DNA of 63,712 bases, the filler included, from Reclinomonas americana ATCC 50394 (taxonomy: Eukaryota): NCBI GenBank assembly GCA_048213135.1. It is 31 parts of 31 records of this genome, joined end to end, with 100 filler letters (N's around TTAATTAATTAA, not from the genome) between each part and the next. Parts side by side here need not be neighbours in the genome. Positions count along the whole stretch, not along the records: positions 22,323 to 26,400 come from AFZH01024616.1; positions 26,501 to 27,604 come from AFZH01024617.1; positions 27,705 to 29,404 come from AFZH01024618.1; positions 29,505 to 30,666 come from AFZH01024619.1; positions 30,767 to 32,658 come from AFZH01024621.1; positions 32,759 to 33,904 come from AFZH01024623.1; positions 34,005 to 37,959 come from AFZH01024624.1; 24 more parts are not named here. The stretch is one strand, 5' to 3'. The position numbers were made by a program, and so were the translations under genes. The notes beneath the pieces are model-generated. The model had not been told where the DNA came from, did no database searches, and worked only from the letters and a program-made list of their open reading frames with translations. Positions 22,512 to 34,589 of this stretch are shown here, piece after piece; the stretch's first letter is position 1, and each line of letters starts with the position of its first letter.

Positions 22512-25000
22512 CCTGCAATCGCTTCATGGTCGCAAACGACTGGTTCAACACGCGTTCCGTCTCCGCATCAACATCATCTGAGCACACGCCACACGTTAGT
22601 TCTGCAGAGTGATTGCAGCAACAAGCGTTTCAACAAAACACAACGTCGTTGCGAGTACAGACGAGACGACGCTGATGCTGAACGTGGCCGATGGCTCCGC
22701 GGTGGTTCAACTGAAGCCGAGCGCCGCGAGGCCGATGCGACTGGACGCGCGGACGCTTGCTTGCTGCTGCCACCCTGTTTTCGGGACTTCTTCTTACTCT
22801 TGACGCGTTTGCCTGCAGACATTGGTGAGAAAGCGGCTCCAAGATGCATTGAACAGTGAGTGGCACACAGCCAACCTCCGACCACCACAGGTGGATGCTC
22901 GCGCGACTGCAGCACTGGATCATCGTTGCCTGACGACGATGAAATGAAGCGCGAGACGCTGGTTCCCGATCTCCTGCTCAACGACTGGCGACCGCGCTCA
23001 GTGTTGGCCGGGGTCGGCAACGCCAGCGACTGTGCAAAGGTCTATGGCTCCGCGTCAGTCAGTCAGCCAGCAATCGCAAGTACAATTATGAAGTCGGACG
23101 TACCCGCTCCACACTGCCAGGCGCGGTGACGGCACTGAACGCCGCCGTCATTGATGATCCGGCACCGAAACGATCGACAGACGCACTGCGGCGTCGTGAC
23201 TTGCGAGAGGCAGAGCGTGGTCTCCGTGACGTGGCCGCCGGCACCACAATGCCCTTGGCGAGCGCGTCGTACTGTTTCTCGATCTGCTGAATGATCTTTT
23301 CGGGCTTGCGCTCAGGTGCATCCTTGAAGAACGACTTGCGACTGCACGCGCGTGTACGAATGAGGGCCGGAGAGACAAAGAAAGCACCGAGGTCGGAAAA
23401 AGTCGCGCGCAACTACATGAGATCCCGGGCGTGGCCGTCACGCACTGTCGACTGTTTTGCTTTGCTGGAAAAGGTCTTGTGGCGCGCCAGCGCCAAGTGA
23501 GCAGTGGAGACCAACTCGTCCAGGTCGGGTCGCCTCGTATCGTCGAGCAGGATTTCTGCACAGGAAATGAGTGCACGTGCCACGCGCTCGAGGATTCAAT
23601 GGTTGCTGCGCTCACCAAGGTCGGAACGCTCCTGTCGAATGTACTCGTCAATGACTTCGTTGTTCAGCAGACTTCCCCAGTACTTGCGCGTTGACAAATG
23701 CACTGGCGTCGCCGCTGCGGCAGCACTCTTCTTCGCCTTCTTCTGCTTCGCCTTTTGCTCCGACACGGGATCACCAGAGAGACGAGGAGCAGACGACGGG
23801 CGTGAAGATGGCGGCGTCGGGAGAGGCTCGCGTCGCGGCACTGCACTTGTGGTGTCCAAGTCGTGTGACTGCGCGCAGTTCGAGCATGGGTAAGCGAGCG
23901 AGTGAGCGGCGGAAGAGGCGGCCTCTCGCACTCTCTCACCGAGGGTTCGAAATCACGATGCAAGTCCCCCGTGGCGTCCATGCGTGCGCGCACAGTCGGA
24001 TTGGCGTCGGTCAGTATGCGCCGGTGTGGAATACTTGAGGAGCGAGCCGGTGGCGGACCCACTTCACCACCAAACTGGAGCTGGCGTCGCGATGTCGTCG
24101 ACGCATTGTTGCTGCCCGTCGACACGAACGAGACCGACGCGCCCGACGGTTCTCCCCACGCCTGACGCGCCGCGATCGGCACAACAAGACGCTCCTGTGC
24201 ATCGGCAGGTGGCGCCGACATCGCTGCAATGGACGGCTGAGGCGGTGGTGGTGGCGACGGCGAGTGGCGTCGCCTCTGCTGCTGCTGCAAGTACTCCTGC
24301 GCATGCGCGGCCGTGTTGCGCAACGGCGCCACCTCAAAGTACTCAGCCGCCGCAGTCGTCGTCGGAGGCGGGCCTGCAGGAGCGATGAACGTGCTGCCGT
24401 TCACGTCACCGATGGAGGCCGATGTGTTGAGACGATCGGCACGGCGTTCAAACTGCGCAAAAATGTCATCGACGCCCGATTCCTCCAGCACCAGGCGATT
24501 GTATCGGTGTGTCAGTGCGTCCTTGAGCACTCTACGCGCGCGTGTGCGTGAGGGGGAGGAAGGAGACCTTGTGTGTGACACAACAGAGAGGCAGTCCATC
24601 ACCTGGCAGTCTGATCGACGACCACGAGTTCGCCCGGGCGATGCGAATCGTGTGCCTGTCGCTGCCCCGCGCGTTCCAGGTCCTTTAGTAGCACTGGCAC
24701 GGGCTTGCGCACATCGCTGCAGTGGACGCACGGATGATTTTTTTGAGTCAGTGAGTGAGAGAGTCGACAAACGGTCACAGAGCGAGTGTGCGAGTGTGAA
24801 GAGAGAGAGTGAGTGAGAGACAGCGTGTGTGTGTGTGCACGAGTGGCATATGTGCTGGCGTAAACGCACCCGATGGGTCGCTTGTTGTCGCCCTCGAGAA
24901 GCAGCTTGTAGCGGCCCGACGCGTGCAACATTCGCGCAAAACTGTATGTGTAAATCGATTGTCCTTCGCGACGACGTCTCCCTTCTTGGCACCCTTTTTC
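22512..25000 (-). CDS. Eukaryotic hypothetical multi-exon low-complexity protein
   Basis: Long spliceable ORFs (VLKDALTHRYNRLVLEESGVDDIFAQFERRA..., Gln/Pro/Lys-rich); exon structure unresolved. Confidence 0.45.
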
Positions 25001-25103
25001 GCTTCCTCTTTACTTGCAATCTCACACACACACACTCTTCCCGTCGCTGCTGGCCCTCATACACACACGTACACACCACCGACCCTCGTCTCCGTCCCTC
25101 CCA

Positions 25104-25452
25104 TCAACGGTAGTAGCTGCTGCCGCCTCGGCCAGCAATGTAGCGATCCACTGTCCGCTTGAACTCGGCACGGTTGGTCCTCATCAACTCGGCCGCCTCT
25201 GCGAGGACAAAGGTGTGTGAGCAGAAAGGATTGAACCGAAGAAGAAGCAGGGCAGTACAGACCCTTGTTCAGAGGGTCGTCCGGGTTCGGCTCGTGGAAC
25301 AGGAGCTGCAGACCGCAGATCACGGCTGTGGCAGCAGAGGGATACTCAGGGCGGGTGCAATCACATGAATGAATGTGGGGGAAGTGATTTACCCTTCAGC
25401 GTCAGCACCGGCTTCCAGTCCTCGCGCAGAATGTTGAGGCAGATCTTGCCGT
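25104..25452 (-). CDS. UBC12: NEDD8-conjugating E2 enzyme Ubc12-like, last three exons
   Basis: Exons 25452-25393, 25325-25263 and 25198-25104 splice to [50 protein letters not shown]...; [12 protein letters not shown] is the Ubc12/UBE2M active-site signature. Confidence 0.88.
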
Positions 25453-25734
25453 CTGAGGGAGCGGGGAAAAGTGGAGTGAGGGGAAGGGGGGAGGGAGGGA
25501 GTGAGGGGAAGGGGGAGGGAGGGGAAAGGAGAAGGAGGGAGGGAGGAAGGGGGAAATGCAAGTAGGGTTGTGTACGACAAAACAGGATGTGTAAACACTG
25601 TGTGCGTGCATGGGAGGACGAGGGGGATTAGAGAGGAGGGAGGGGGAGGGCGAGAGGGAGCGAGGCCCCAAGAAAAGGCTCAAGCAATGTGCATGACAAA
25701 GCAAGAATGTGTAACGAGTGGCACAAGAAGGCAA

Positions 25735-26400
25735 ATATAAGAGAGCAATGTGTGCGAGAAACAAAGACAAGGCGAGAGAGTTACAGAACAAGCGGAGTGT
25801 GTGAGAGGGAGGGAGGGACAGCGAGGCAGAGAAGGCAGCAAAGAGGGCAGGAATAGAGCGCCTGAGAGGCAGAGAGAGCAATGTGTGCATGAAGATGGTA
25901 CAAACGAGCGACAAAGACAAGCGAGAGAGTTACTGAACAAGCGGAGTGTGTGAGAGGGAGGGAGGGAGTGAATGACAGAAAGGGAGTGAATGAGAGAGAG
26001 CGCGCGCGCGAGGCAGAGAGAGCCAGAAAGAGAGAGAGGGTGAGAGGAAGACAGCAAAGAGGGCAGGAATAGAGCGCCTGAGAGGCAGAGAGTAGCAATG
26101 TGTGCATGACGATGAAACAAGCGACGAAGACAATGCGAGAATGTAACAGAACAAGTGGAGTGTGTGAGAAGGAGGGAGGGAGTGAGTGACAGAAAGGGAG
26201 TGAATGAGAGAGAGAGCGCGCGCGCAAGGCAGAGAGAGCGAGGCAGAGAGAGTGAGAGGAAGGCAGCAACGAGGGCAGGAACAGAGCATGAAGATGACAT
26301 TAACGAGCGGATACACAGACACAGCAAGAGAGTAACAGAACAAGCGGAGTGTGTGAGAGGGAGAGAGAGGGAGAGAGAGGGAGAGAGAGGGAGAGAGAGG
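25735..26400. repeat. Degenerate tandem repeat inside the Ubc12 intron
   Basis: Blocks ACAGAACAAGCGGAGTGTGTGAGAGGGAG (about 4x) and GCAAAGAGGGCAGGAATAGAGCGCCTGAGAGGCAGAGAG (2x plus a variant). Confidence 0.8.
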
Positions 26401-26500
26401 NNNNNNNNNNNNNNNNNNNNNNNNNNNNNNNNNNNNNNNNNNNNTTAATTAATTAANNNNNNNNNNNNNNNNNNNNNNNNNNNNNNNNNNNNNNNNNNNN

Positions 26501-27063
26501 CAGCTGTCGAGTCCGATCGGCTTCCAGATCCCGCTGGTGGCGACATCGATGCCCCAGTCCCAGCCGAAGTTGGATGCCGTCTTGCGGAGCGCGTTGTAGG
26601 GGTGGTGGTTCGTGTGCGGGCGCGGTCCGTGGGCGGCGCTGCGAGCCTCGGCCTCGGCGATGGGCGAGGCGAAGGTGATCACCAGGCTGTTCTCGCCGTC
26701 GACGAGGTGCGGGCGCACGTCGAAGCGGTAGCTGCGGTGCTGGTTCTCGGTGCGGCCGACCACCGCGCCGTTGAGCTCGATGGTGGCGACCGTGTCGAGT
26801 CCTTCGGCGACCAGATCGTGTCGATCGGACCCGTCGTCCTGCCAGTCGAATCGAGTCTCGTAGCGCCAGACCGTGCTCCCGATCCACTGCTGCTCGGCCT
26901 CGTTGTCGCCGTCGAACGGCGGTGCGATCAGCCCGGCGGCGAGCAGATCGGTATGCGCGCATCCGGGGACCGTCGCCGGGATCGATGCGCCGCGGACCGC
27001 TTCGGGCACGGGTCCGTCCGCGGCCGTGAGGGTCCAGTTTTCATGCAGGGGGCGGAATGCCAT
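26501..27063 (-). CDS. GH2 beta-mannosidase, N-terminal part
   Basis: ATVPGCAHTDL, EGLDTVATIELNG, LRKTASNFGWDWG...GIWKPI. Confidence 0.92.
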
Positions 27064-27108
27064 GAGCGTCCTTGCGTCGGGGGCCGAATCAACGTTCTTA
27101 CTGCTGCT

Positions 27109-27133
27109 ACTTTATTACATAGGTTAACAAAGT
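27109..27133. promoter_or_regulatory. Putative ROK-family operator
   Basis: 25-bp imperfect palindrome ACTTTATTA-CATAGGT-TAACAAAGT between the divergent GH2 and ROK genes; AT-rich in a high-GC context. Confidence 0.65.
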
Positions 27134-27188
27134 CGGTAGAGTCATCGGGAGATATGATCCGGATGTCAGTGGATCGAAAGCAGGACAG

Positions 27189-27604
27189 GTGGCAGACGCA
27201 CGAGGCGGTTCGGCATTCGATGCCTGGCCCTACCTGACCGGCGTGGAACGCGGCGCGCTGCGCGAGCTCCTCATCCATGGCGCACTCCCCCGCGCCGAGA
27301 TCGCGCGTCGCATCAATGTATCCCGAGCCAGCCTGACACGCGCCTCGCGCGTGCTGATGGAGCACTCGCTCGTGGCCGAGGACGAGATCGCGCTCCGCGG
27401 AGCCATGGGACGACCGAGCGAGATGCTCGTCATCCGCGAGGACACCCACCATCTTCTCGGGATCAAGCTCACCGGAGATTCGGTCTTCGCCGTCGTCACC
27501 GATCTGCGCGCCCGCAGCGTCGCCGAGGTCGAGGAGCGGCTCGTCTCGACATCCGTCGAGGACACCGTCGACCAGATCGCGGCCATCCACGCGCGCTTCG
27601 CCCG
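27189..27604 (+). CDS. ROK-family transcriptional regulator (3' truncated)
   Basis: HTH RAEIARRINVSRASLTR, GRPSEML, LGIKLTG...VVTDL. Confidence 0.9.
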
Positions 27605-27743
27605 NNNNNNNNNNNNNNNNNNNNNNNNNNNNNNNNNNNNNNNNNNNNTTAATTAATTAANNNNNNNNNNNNNNNNNNNNNNNNNNNNNNNNNNNNNNNN
27701 NNNNCGGTTCTAGGGCGCTGCTCACCTTCCGCACGGCACGCGC

Positions 27744-29096
27744 TCACCCCTCTGTGAGGACCACCCCTCGGATCGCGAGAGCGGAACTCTCGAGAATCGT
27801 GAGCGTCAGTTCCTCTCGCGCATGCGCGTGGTGATCTTCGAACCGCAGCGAGGCCTTCGAGTCGTCGGATGAGACGGCGACCACCCCGACGACGGCCTCG
27901 CCCAGCCGCACTTCGATGCGACCGACCCCATCGGCGTCGATTCGGATCCCGGTGAATCCTGAGGCGGAGCTCACAAAGCGGAACGCCGCCGTGTCGCCGG
28001 GGACTCCACCGAGGAGGACTTCCCCTCCCGGTCGATCGACATCGATTCGAATCTCGCCGGAGAGCGCACACGCCCGGTAGGCGTCGATGTACTCTCCGGC
28101 AGCGAACGGCTCGCCAACGCCTTGCGAGGTCATCGGCACCTCAGGGATGGAGCCATCCTCCCGGACCACGATCGGCTCGATGCAGAGCCGGCGGTGATAT
28201 CGGCTCCCGCGGCTGCTGCGGTGGTAGAACACGTACCACTGCCCGTCCAGCTGCTCGATCGAGCCGTGGTTGTTCAGCGTCTCGGGGTCGCACCCCGTGT
28301 TGTCGACGATCACGCCACGGTACGCGAACGGGCCCAGTGGCGAGGATGATGTCGCGTAACCGAGGCAGGTGGCGCTACCGCGGCTTCCATCCGCGAAGAC
28401 CAAGTAGTACGTCGATCCAATCTTGCGCATCGACGCCCCCTCGTGGAAGCCGTGCAGCTGCTCGGTCACCAGGTCGTCGACGATGCCTTCCGGATCGAAC
28501 GAGATCATGTCCGGGTTGAGCGCGACCCCATGGGCTCTGAGCTGTCCCCAGTAGTAGTAGGCGGTGCCATCGTCGTCGACGAACACCGCCGGGTCGATGC
28601 CGGTGACCGGGAGCTGACGAGCATCGGTGAAGGGGCCTGTCGGCGACATCGACCGCGCAACGCCCTCGCTGCCATCGGACATGCAGAAGTACAGGAAGTA
28701 CTCACCGTTCCGCTCGGCCACGTCGGGCGCGTAAAGCAGCGGCAGGTGCGCGTGGGCCTCTGGAACCAGACCTCCATCGTCCAATCCCGCTTCGATCGCC
28801 TCAGCCGGTAAAGAGGAAGCGTACCCTCGGGCATCGGGAAACCACGGGACGTCCTGTCCGCGGAATGACGGACCGTCGATGCGCCACTCGCGAAGATCGC
28901 TCGTGGATGCGACGACGTATCGATCCGAGCAGTACCACCCGTCGAGGTCGTCGTACGATCCGTAGACGTAAAGCCGCCCATCGGACATCACATGCGCCTC
29001 GCCATCGGGGATGTGATGCTCGACCGGCAGCACGGGGTTGCGTGCCCGAATCATGCCGCCGGTCGCGGTGGTGGGGTCTGCGTTGCGGTCGCCCAT
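27744..29096 (-). CDS. GH43 glycoside hydrolase with C-terminal CBM-like domain
   Basis: IPDGEAHV, LYAPD, GIDPAVFVDDDG, FHEGASMRK, NNHGSI, YVFYHR. Confidence 0.9.
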   Translation of the reverse strand: MGDRNADPTTATGGMIRARNPVLPVEHHIPDGEAHVMSDGRLYVYGSYDDLDGWYCSDRYVVASTSDLREWRIDGPSFRGQDVPWFPDARGYASSLPAEAIEAGLDDGGLVPEAHAHLPLLYAPDVAERNGEYFLYFCMSDGSEGVARSMSPTGPFTDARQLPVTGIDPAVFVDDDGTAYYYWGQLRAHGVALNPDMISFDPEGIVDDLVTEQLHGFHEGASMRKIGSTYYLVFADGSRGSATCLGYATSSSPLGPFAYRGVIVDNTGCDPETLNNHGSIEQLDGQWYVFYHRSSRGSRYHRRLCIEPIVVREDGSIPEVPMTSQGVGEPFAAGEYIDAYRACALSGEIRIDVDRPGGEVLLGGVPGDTAAFRFVSSASGFTGIRIDADGVGRIEVRLGEAVVGVVAVSSDDSKASLRFEDHHAHAREELTLTILESSALAIRGVVLTEG

Positions 29097-29310
29097 GACT
29101 GCCTCTCCGACGCGAGTCCTGGTGCGACGGCGTCGACCGACGGTAGCTCGACGGCAACGCACCGTGCGAGACCCGAACTGACTTTTGCGCAAGGAACTGA
29201 CGGCGCCCGGCCGTTCCCATACTCTCCTCGGGACGCACCTGGAGAACGTTCTTCAGAGCTGGCACGCGACGACGCTCGCCGGTACGCGACGCCCCCAATG
29301 GAGGAGGATC

Positions 29311-29404
29311 ATGACCGTCCATGTGAGAGTTCTGCGCCGCAGCACGATCGCCGTGCTCACCGGTGCACTCATCTTCGGATCAGCCATCAGCGCGACGAGC
29401 CCGG
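29311..29404 (+). CDS. Secreted protein, signal peptide only
   Basis: GGAGGAGG RBS; MTVHVRVLRRSTIAVLTGALIFGSAISA. Confidence 0.55.
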
Positions 29405-29504
29405 NNNNNNNNNNNNNNNNNNNNNNNNNNNNNNNNNNNNNNNNNNNNTTAATTAATTAANNNNNNNNNNNNNNNNNNNNNNNNNNNNNNNNNNNNNNNN
29501 NNNN

Positions 29505-30025
29505 CGCTCCAGTCCGGAACGACCCTCGCGGCCGGCACCTGCGACATCGGCGCCTCGGCCATGACGATCACCGACGAGCGCAAGGCCAACATCGACTTCT
29601 CCGACCCGTACTACGAGTCGCTGCAGTCGCTGCTCGTGCGCACCGACTCGGGCATCAAGTCGATCGACGACCTCTCCGGCAAGAACGTCGGCGTGCAGCA
29701 GGGCACGACGGGCGAGGCCTACGCGACCGAGAACGCGACCGGCGCCCAGCTCGTGCAGTACCCCTCCGACGGCGAGCTGTGGCCCGCGATGCAGGCCGGC
29801 CAGATCGACGCCATCCTGCAGGACCAGCCGGTGAACCTCGAGCACGAGAAGGCCGACAAGGCCTACAAGATCGTCGAGGAGTACGAGACCGGCGAGTCCT
29901 ACGGCTTCGCCTTCGCCAAGGGCGAGAAGGACGAGCTGCGCGAGGCGATCAACGGCGCGCTGAAGGAGCTGCAGGACGACGGCGACTACCAGACGATCTA
30001 CGACAACTACTTCACCGCGAAGTAA
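29505..30025 (+). CDS. Polar amino-acid ABC transporter substrate-binding protein (5' truncated)
   Basis: MTITDERKANIDFSDPYY, VGVQQGTTG, DGDYQTIYDNYF. Confidence 0.93.
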
Positions 30026-30053
30026 TCGGCGAGCAGCGTAGAGCAAGGAGACC

Positions 30054-30666
30054 TTGACAATGGCGTTGAGGCGCAGCACGAAGAGCAAGCTCTATCGGTA
30101 CATCGTCTACGTGGTGCTGATCGCCGTCGTCGTCTGGGCGGCGGTCAGCACTGACTGGGCGAAGATCGGTCCGCTGTTCTTCAACCCCGAAGTCGCGATC
30201 AAGATGTTCCCGGGGATCATCACGACCGCGCTCGTCAACACCCTGTGGTTCACGGCGGTGGCGTTCGTTGCCGGGCTCGTGCTCGGCGTCGTGCTGGCAC
30301 TGCTCAAGCTGTCGAGCATCGGGCCGTTCCGGTGGATCGCAACGGCGTGGATCGAGTTGTTCCGCGGGCTCCCCGCGATCCTCACGATCTTCGCGGTGGC
30401 CTTCATCCTGCCGATCGCGCTCGGCATCTCGGGGCGCGATCTCGGCGGTCCTGTCGTCCTGGGACTGATCGGTCTGATCCTCGTGGCGTCCGCCTACATG
30501 GCGGAGACGATCCGCGCCGGCATCCAGGCGGTCCCGAAGGGCCAGACCGAGGCGGCGCGCTCCCTCGGCATGTCGCCCATGAAGACCACCTTCTGGATCA
30601 TCGTGCCGCAGGGATTCCGGATCATCATCCCGCCGCTGACGAACGAGTTCGTGCTGCTGCTGAAGG
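30054..30666 (+). CDS. Polar amino-acid ABC transporter permease (3' truncated)
   Basis: IELFRGLP, AYMAETIRAGIQAVPKGQTEAARSLGM. Confidence 0.94.
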
Positions 30667-30766
30667 NNNNNNNNNNNNNNNNNNNNNNNNNNNNNNNNNN
30701 NNNNNNNNNNTTAATTAATTAANNNNNNNNNNNNNNNNNNNNNNNNNNNNNNNNNNNNNNNNNNNN

Positions 30767-31555
30767 GTGCACAGGGACGCCGACCGCAGAGAGATCCAGT
30801 CCCCAGTCCGACATGGCGAGGGCCGTGTCACGTGCGTACCCCAGTGGCCCCTGGGCGAAGCCCTCGTCGAGTGTGCGGCGGAAGCTCTCTCTGAAGCTCG
30901 CGTCCTGGTACACGGGAGCGTCCGCAGTCGGCGGATCGGACATGATCATCTCGAACAGGCTCGACGCGGAGAACGAGGTGAAGGCCTTCGTCGCCTCGCC
31001 GAGAGAACCCTGTGCCACACTCCGGACGAATCGTCCCATATCCTCCGGCAACTGCGCCGTCACCGCTGGATGCGCCACTTCATCGCCGGGGGAGACCAGC
31101 ACCAGAAGTGTGGCCGCTCCCGCGATCGCCGCGGCGATCGCGAAGGGAGCGCCCTGGGAGTTGGCGACGATGGGGATGGCGTGCCCGGCGAGCTCCGCCA
31201 CGAGGTCGGCGACATCCGCTCCGACGCTCTCCAGGGTCTTGGCGGGATCGGCCTCGGATCTGCCGAGCCCGGGGCGGTCGAACGACACGAGACGGAGACC
31301 ATGAGCCTTCAGCACCTCGCCGCCGAAGGCCATCGAGGAACCGGATGCCGCGCCGGGAATGAACAGCACAGGAGACCCGTCGACGCTTCCGTATTCGGCG
31401 TAGGACAGGATGCGACCATCTCGGGCCGTGACGGTGCCGCGTGCGAAGGGCTCAGGAACGAGCTCAGCCACGGTTCCCGCGTGCGCAGCCGGTCGGTGCG
31501 ATTCGCGGCTGTCTGGCCGTTCGTCGTCAGCGGGCATCGGATTCCGGTCAGGCAT
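30767..31555 (-). CDS. Alpha/beta hydrolase (3' truncated)
   Basis: DGRILSYAEYG, FDRPGLGRS, ANSQGA nucleophile elbow. Confidence 0.88.
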
Positions 31556-32198
31556 GATGGACAGCCGCCCAGAACGGCGAGAGCACGCGCCACCCCAGCG
31601 CCTCGTAGAGATGACGGCCTTGCCCGCTGGCGAGCAGGATGCCCTCGGATCGCCCTCGATCCAGTGCGGCGTTCGAAAGCGCGCCCATGATCGCCTTTCC
31701 CAGGCCGCGCCGCTGATGCGCGACCTGCGTGACGATCTGATCGGGCACTGCGAGCGCCGTCAACCCCAGGCGACCGCTCGCTGCGAGAGCGCCGGAGTCG
31801 GTCATCACCTTGGCCTCGAGTGCAGAGCCTTCGTCGTCCATCGTGAGGCTATACCCGTACGGCAGTGTTGGCGCGGCGCGTACGAGCCGAGCGCTCATGA
31901 GGAACTGAGGCTCGACGAGTCTCCAGCCGACGGGCATCGTCGGTTGGGCCTCATCGCGGGCCGCAGGCCATTTGATCCAGAAATTCGAAGCGGCGGTGTG
32001 CGATGCCAACTCGCGGGCGCGTCCGGTATGCGGCCCGGTCAGGACATACCGCGCGGATTCGGAGTCAGAACCGACCTGGATATGCACACCGCCCCGGATC
32101 GGAGTCGGAGATGCGTGGCCGCGGGACCGGACCCATCCCTCGGTCCAGGCGAGGATGTCGGCTGCGAGAACGGGGGCAGTCTGCTTGGCGTCTGGCAT
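31548..32198 (-). CDS. GNAT-family acetyltransferase
   Basis: HQRRGLG acetyl-CoA motif, GRHLYEALGW; translationally coupled to both neighbours. Confidence 0.88.
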   Translation of the reverse strand: MPDAKQTAPVLAADILAWTEGWVRSRGHASPTPIRGGVHIQVGSDSESARYVLTGPHTGRARELASHTAASNFWIKWPAARDEAQPTMPVGWRLVEPQFLMSARLVRAAPTLPYGYSLTMDDEGSALEAKVMTDSGALAASGRLGLTALAVPDQIVTQVAHQRRGLGKAIMGALSNAALDRGRSEGILLASGQGRHLYEALGWRVLSPFWAAVHHA

Positions 32199-32658
32199 CA
32201 CGCCGGGGTCAGGTCGAGTCGCAGGTGCAGGATGGGGAACGGTCTTCCCTGGTCGTCGAGATCGGAACGAGAAGCGACCGAGAACCCGCGAGCGGCGTAG
32301 AAGCGGCGGCCGCTGTCATTGTCCTCATTCACGTCCACCCTCAGCTCACCGAGTCCGACCTTCGAGACGTCGTCGCGGACAGCGTCCAGGAGAGCCGATC
32401 CGACGCCACGACCCTGCGCAAGCTCCGCGACGAACAGCATCTGGATCGCGCCCGCCTCCTGCGCGATGAACCCCAGAGCTGTCTCGGCTGCGTCGGTTCC
32501 GTCCGCTGTCTCCTCGGTCGGAACCGCGATCCGCAGATCCGCAGCGGACTGCAGGTAGGAGAGCACGTGCGGTTCGTACCAGTCGATGTCGGCGGGACTC
32601 AGGAAGTGGTGTGTTGCCTCCACGGCGCTTCTCCAGACACTGAGGAGTCCGGGTCGTT
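32198..32658 (-). CDS. GNAT acetyltransferase, YjaB-like (5' truncated)
   Basis: VWRSAVEATHHFL, QGRGVG, VDVNEDN, DDQGRPFPILHL. Confidence 0.88.
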
Positions 32659-32758
32659 NNNNNNNNNNNNNNNNNNNNNNNNNNNNNNNNNNNNNNNNNN
32701 NNTTAATTAATTAANNNNNNNNNNNNNNNNNNNNNNNNNNNNNNNNNNNNNNNNNNNN

Positions 32759-33904
32759 GATCGTCGGCAGGCCGAGGTCGATGTTGAGCTGCAGCGTCTT
32801 GTGCTCACTCTCGTTGCCGGCGTCGTCGGTGGCCCAGAACTCGATCGTTCGCGACCCATGCAGGAGTTCCACCTCCGCAGTGTCGGAGTTCCAGATCCGC
32901 CGACCGTCGTACTGGACCTGGATGTCACGAATGCCGGAGCCGCCGTCGGTGGCCGAGACTCTGAGCGTCTTGCGGTTGGACCAGTCGCCGTCTGCGACGT
33001 CCCAGTCCGAGGTGACCTCGGGACGGGTGGTGTCCGGCTTCTTCACGGAGAACTTGATCTCCTGCTTCGTGACGAGCCCGTTCGCGTTCGAAGCGATTCC
33101 GGTCCAGGTGTAGTCACCCTCCGGCAGCTTCAACGGCGAACCCGGGGCAACGTCGTGTCCTTCGTGGTCGCGCACAACGCAAAGGAAGATCGGTGATTCC
33201 GCGTCTGCGCAGGAATAGTCGACGAACTCGTCGCCCTGTCCTGAGTACGCGCCGTTCATCACCGGAGTGACCGGAGTGAAGGACGGAGCGGTGGTGTCGC
33301 CGGGGTTCGCCACCCAGAACTGGTAAACGCGCTCGAACCGAAGGCCGATCGAGTTCACGGCGACGGCGGTCCAGAAGTAGTGACCGCTCGGAAGCCACAG
33401 CGGTTCGCCGTTGGTCTGCGGGTGGTCGTTGTGATCGTAGAGCGCACAATCCGAGATTCCGGATTCGCTGTCGCGGCACTCGAAATCGATGGTCACTCTG
33501 CCGTCACCGAAGAACACCTGATTGGCGGCTGGAGTCCAAGCGAAGAACTCGGGCGGAGTGGTATCGGTCACTGCTTCCTGCTCCGCTGCGGAGGCCGGGG
33601 CAGAGGACTGCTCCGGACTCTCCGCCGCGACATCTGTCGGGGCAGCGGAGCTCGGCTCCGACGGGACAGCTGGCTCCGTTTCCGGTGCGGGCTCCGGGAC
33701 GGGTGCCGGCTCCGGTTCGGGTGCCGGCGCCGGTGGGGCTTCAGGGTCCACCGGGTCCGTATCGGTAGAAGGCTCAGCGACGACCAGTGAGGTCGTCTCT
33801 CCGGCCGACGAGGTTTCCGCAGAGGGAGCCTCGCCCATGGCAAGGGCAGGCCCCGCCGCGATCAATGGCAGGGCGATCAACGCCGCGACTGCCATCGCAG
33901 CCAC
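32759..33904 (-). CDS. Actinobacterial secreted protein with Pro/Glu linker and Ig-like repeats
   Basis: Signal peptide, PEPAP linker, repeats DTTxP...CxDxESxIxxC, ATDDAGN. Confidence 0.75.
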
Positions 33905-34589
33905 NNNNNNNNNNNNNNNNNNNNNNNNNNNNNNNNNNNNNNNNNNNNTTAATTAATTAANNNNNNNNNNNNNNNNNNNNNNNNNNNNNNNNNNNNNNNN
34001 NNNNGTATCCAAAACATCAACGCCAACACCAATCTTGAGGCAGCAGCAGGTTCCTTGTGTGTTTGTGTTCGCTCTCGGAGCTCCGAACAAGTCGAGAACT
34101 GCGATCTTCACACCGCATGAGTGTGGGCGAACAGTGGATTTGACGCACTTGCATACAGACGCATCATTTTCTGCGATCGTACATGGCACATCGAATTCGA
34201 ATTCGGGAAAAGTCCATAGGCAGGCAAACAAAGCATAGCCGGATTTGGATCCGAGAAGCAGCTGCAGGCAGAGCGACGTCGAAGCAATGGAGGCGTCGTC
34301 ATTGGTGGTGAGGTTGAACAAAAGAAGACGAGCTTTTCGTGTTGTTGGTGAGGCACATATCGGTGGTGGCTGGTACCGCTGCGGTGGTAGGCGCAGTTGT
34401 TGTTGTTGTTGTTGTCATTGTTGTCGCAGCGCTAGCAGTGATTTCAAACACTGTGACGTAGACAGCGTACTGACAGGTGGCCGCACAGCAGGTTGAAACA
34501 AAGGAGAGCCTGTCGTGTTGGTGGTGAGACTCATGTCAGTGGTGGCAAACAAATAAAAAATCCCTTTCACTCCTCACTCCGCCTTATTA

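Noticed and set aside
23620..23700. LNNEVIDEY resembling the Ulp1/SENP protease LND.VI..Y motif
   Set aside because: No downstream HW or QxNxxDCG catalytic motifs, and the frame is uncertain.
23086..23931. In-frame TGA/TAG between collinear ORFs suggesting stop-codon reassignment
   Set aside because: The stops fall within GT-AG-bounded segments, and recognised genes end normally in TAA, TAG or TGA.
34005..34540. Possible Thr-rich, Cys-containing minus-strand gene with a frameshift at an A run
   Set aside because: Short, no clear start and no recognisable family.
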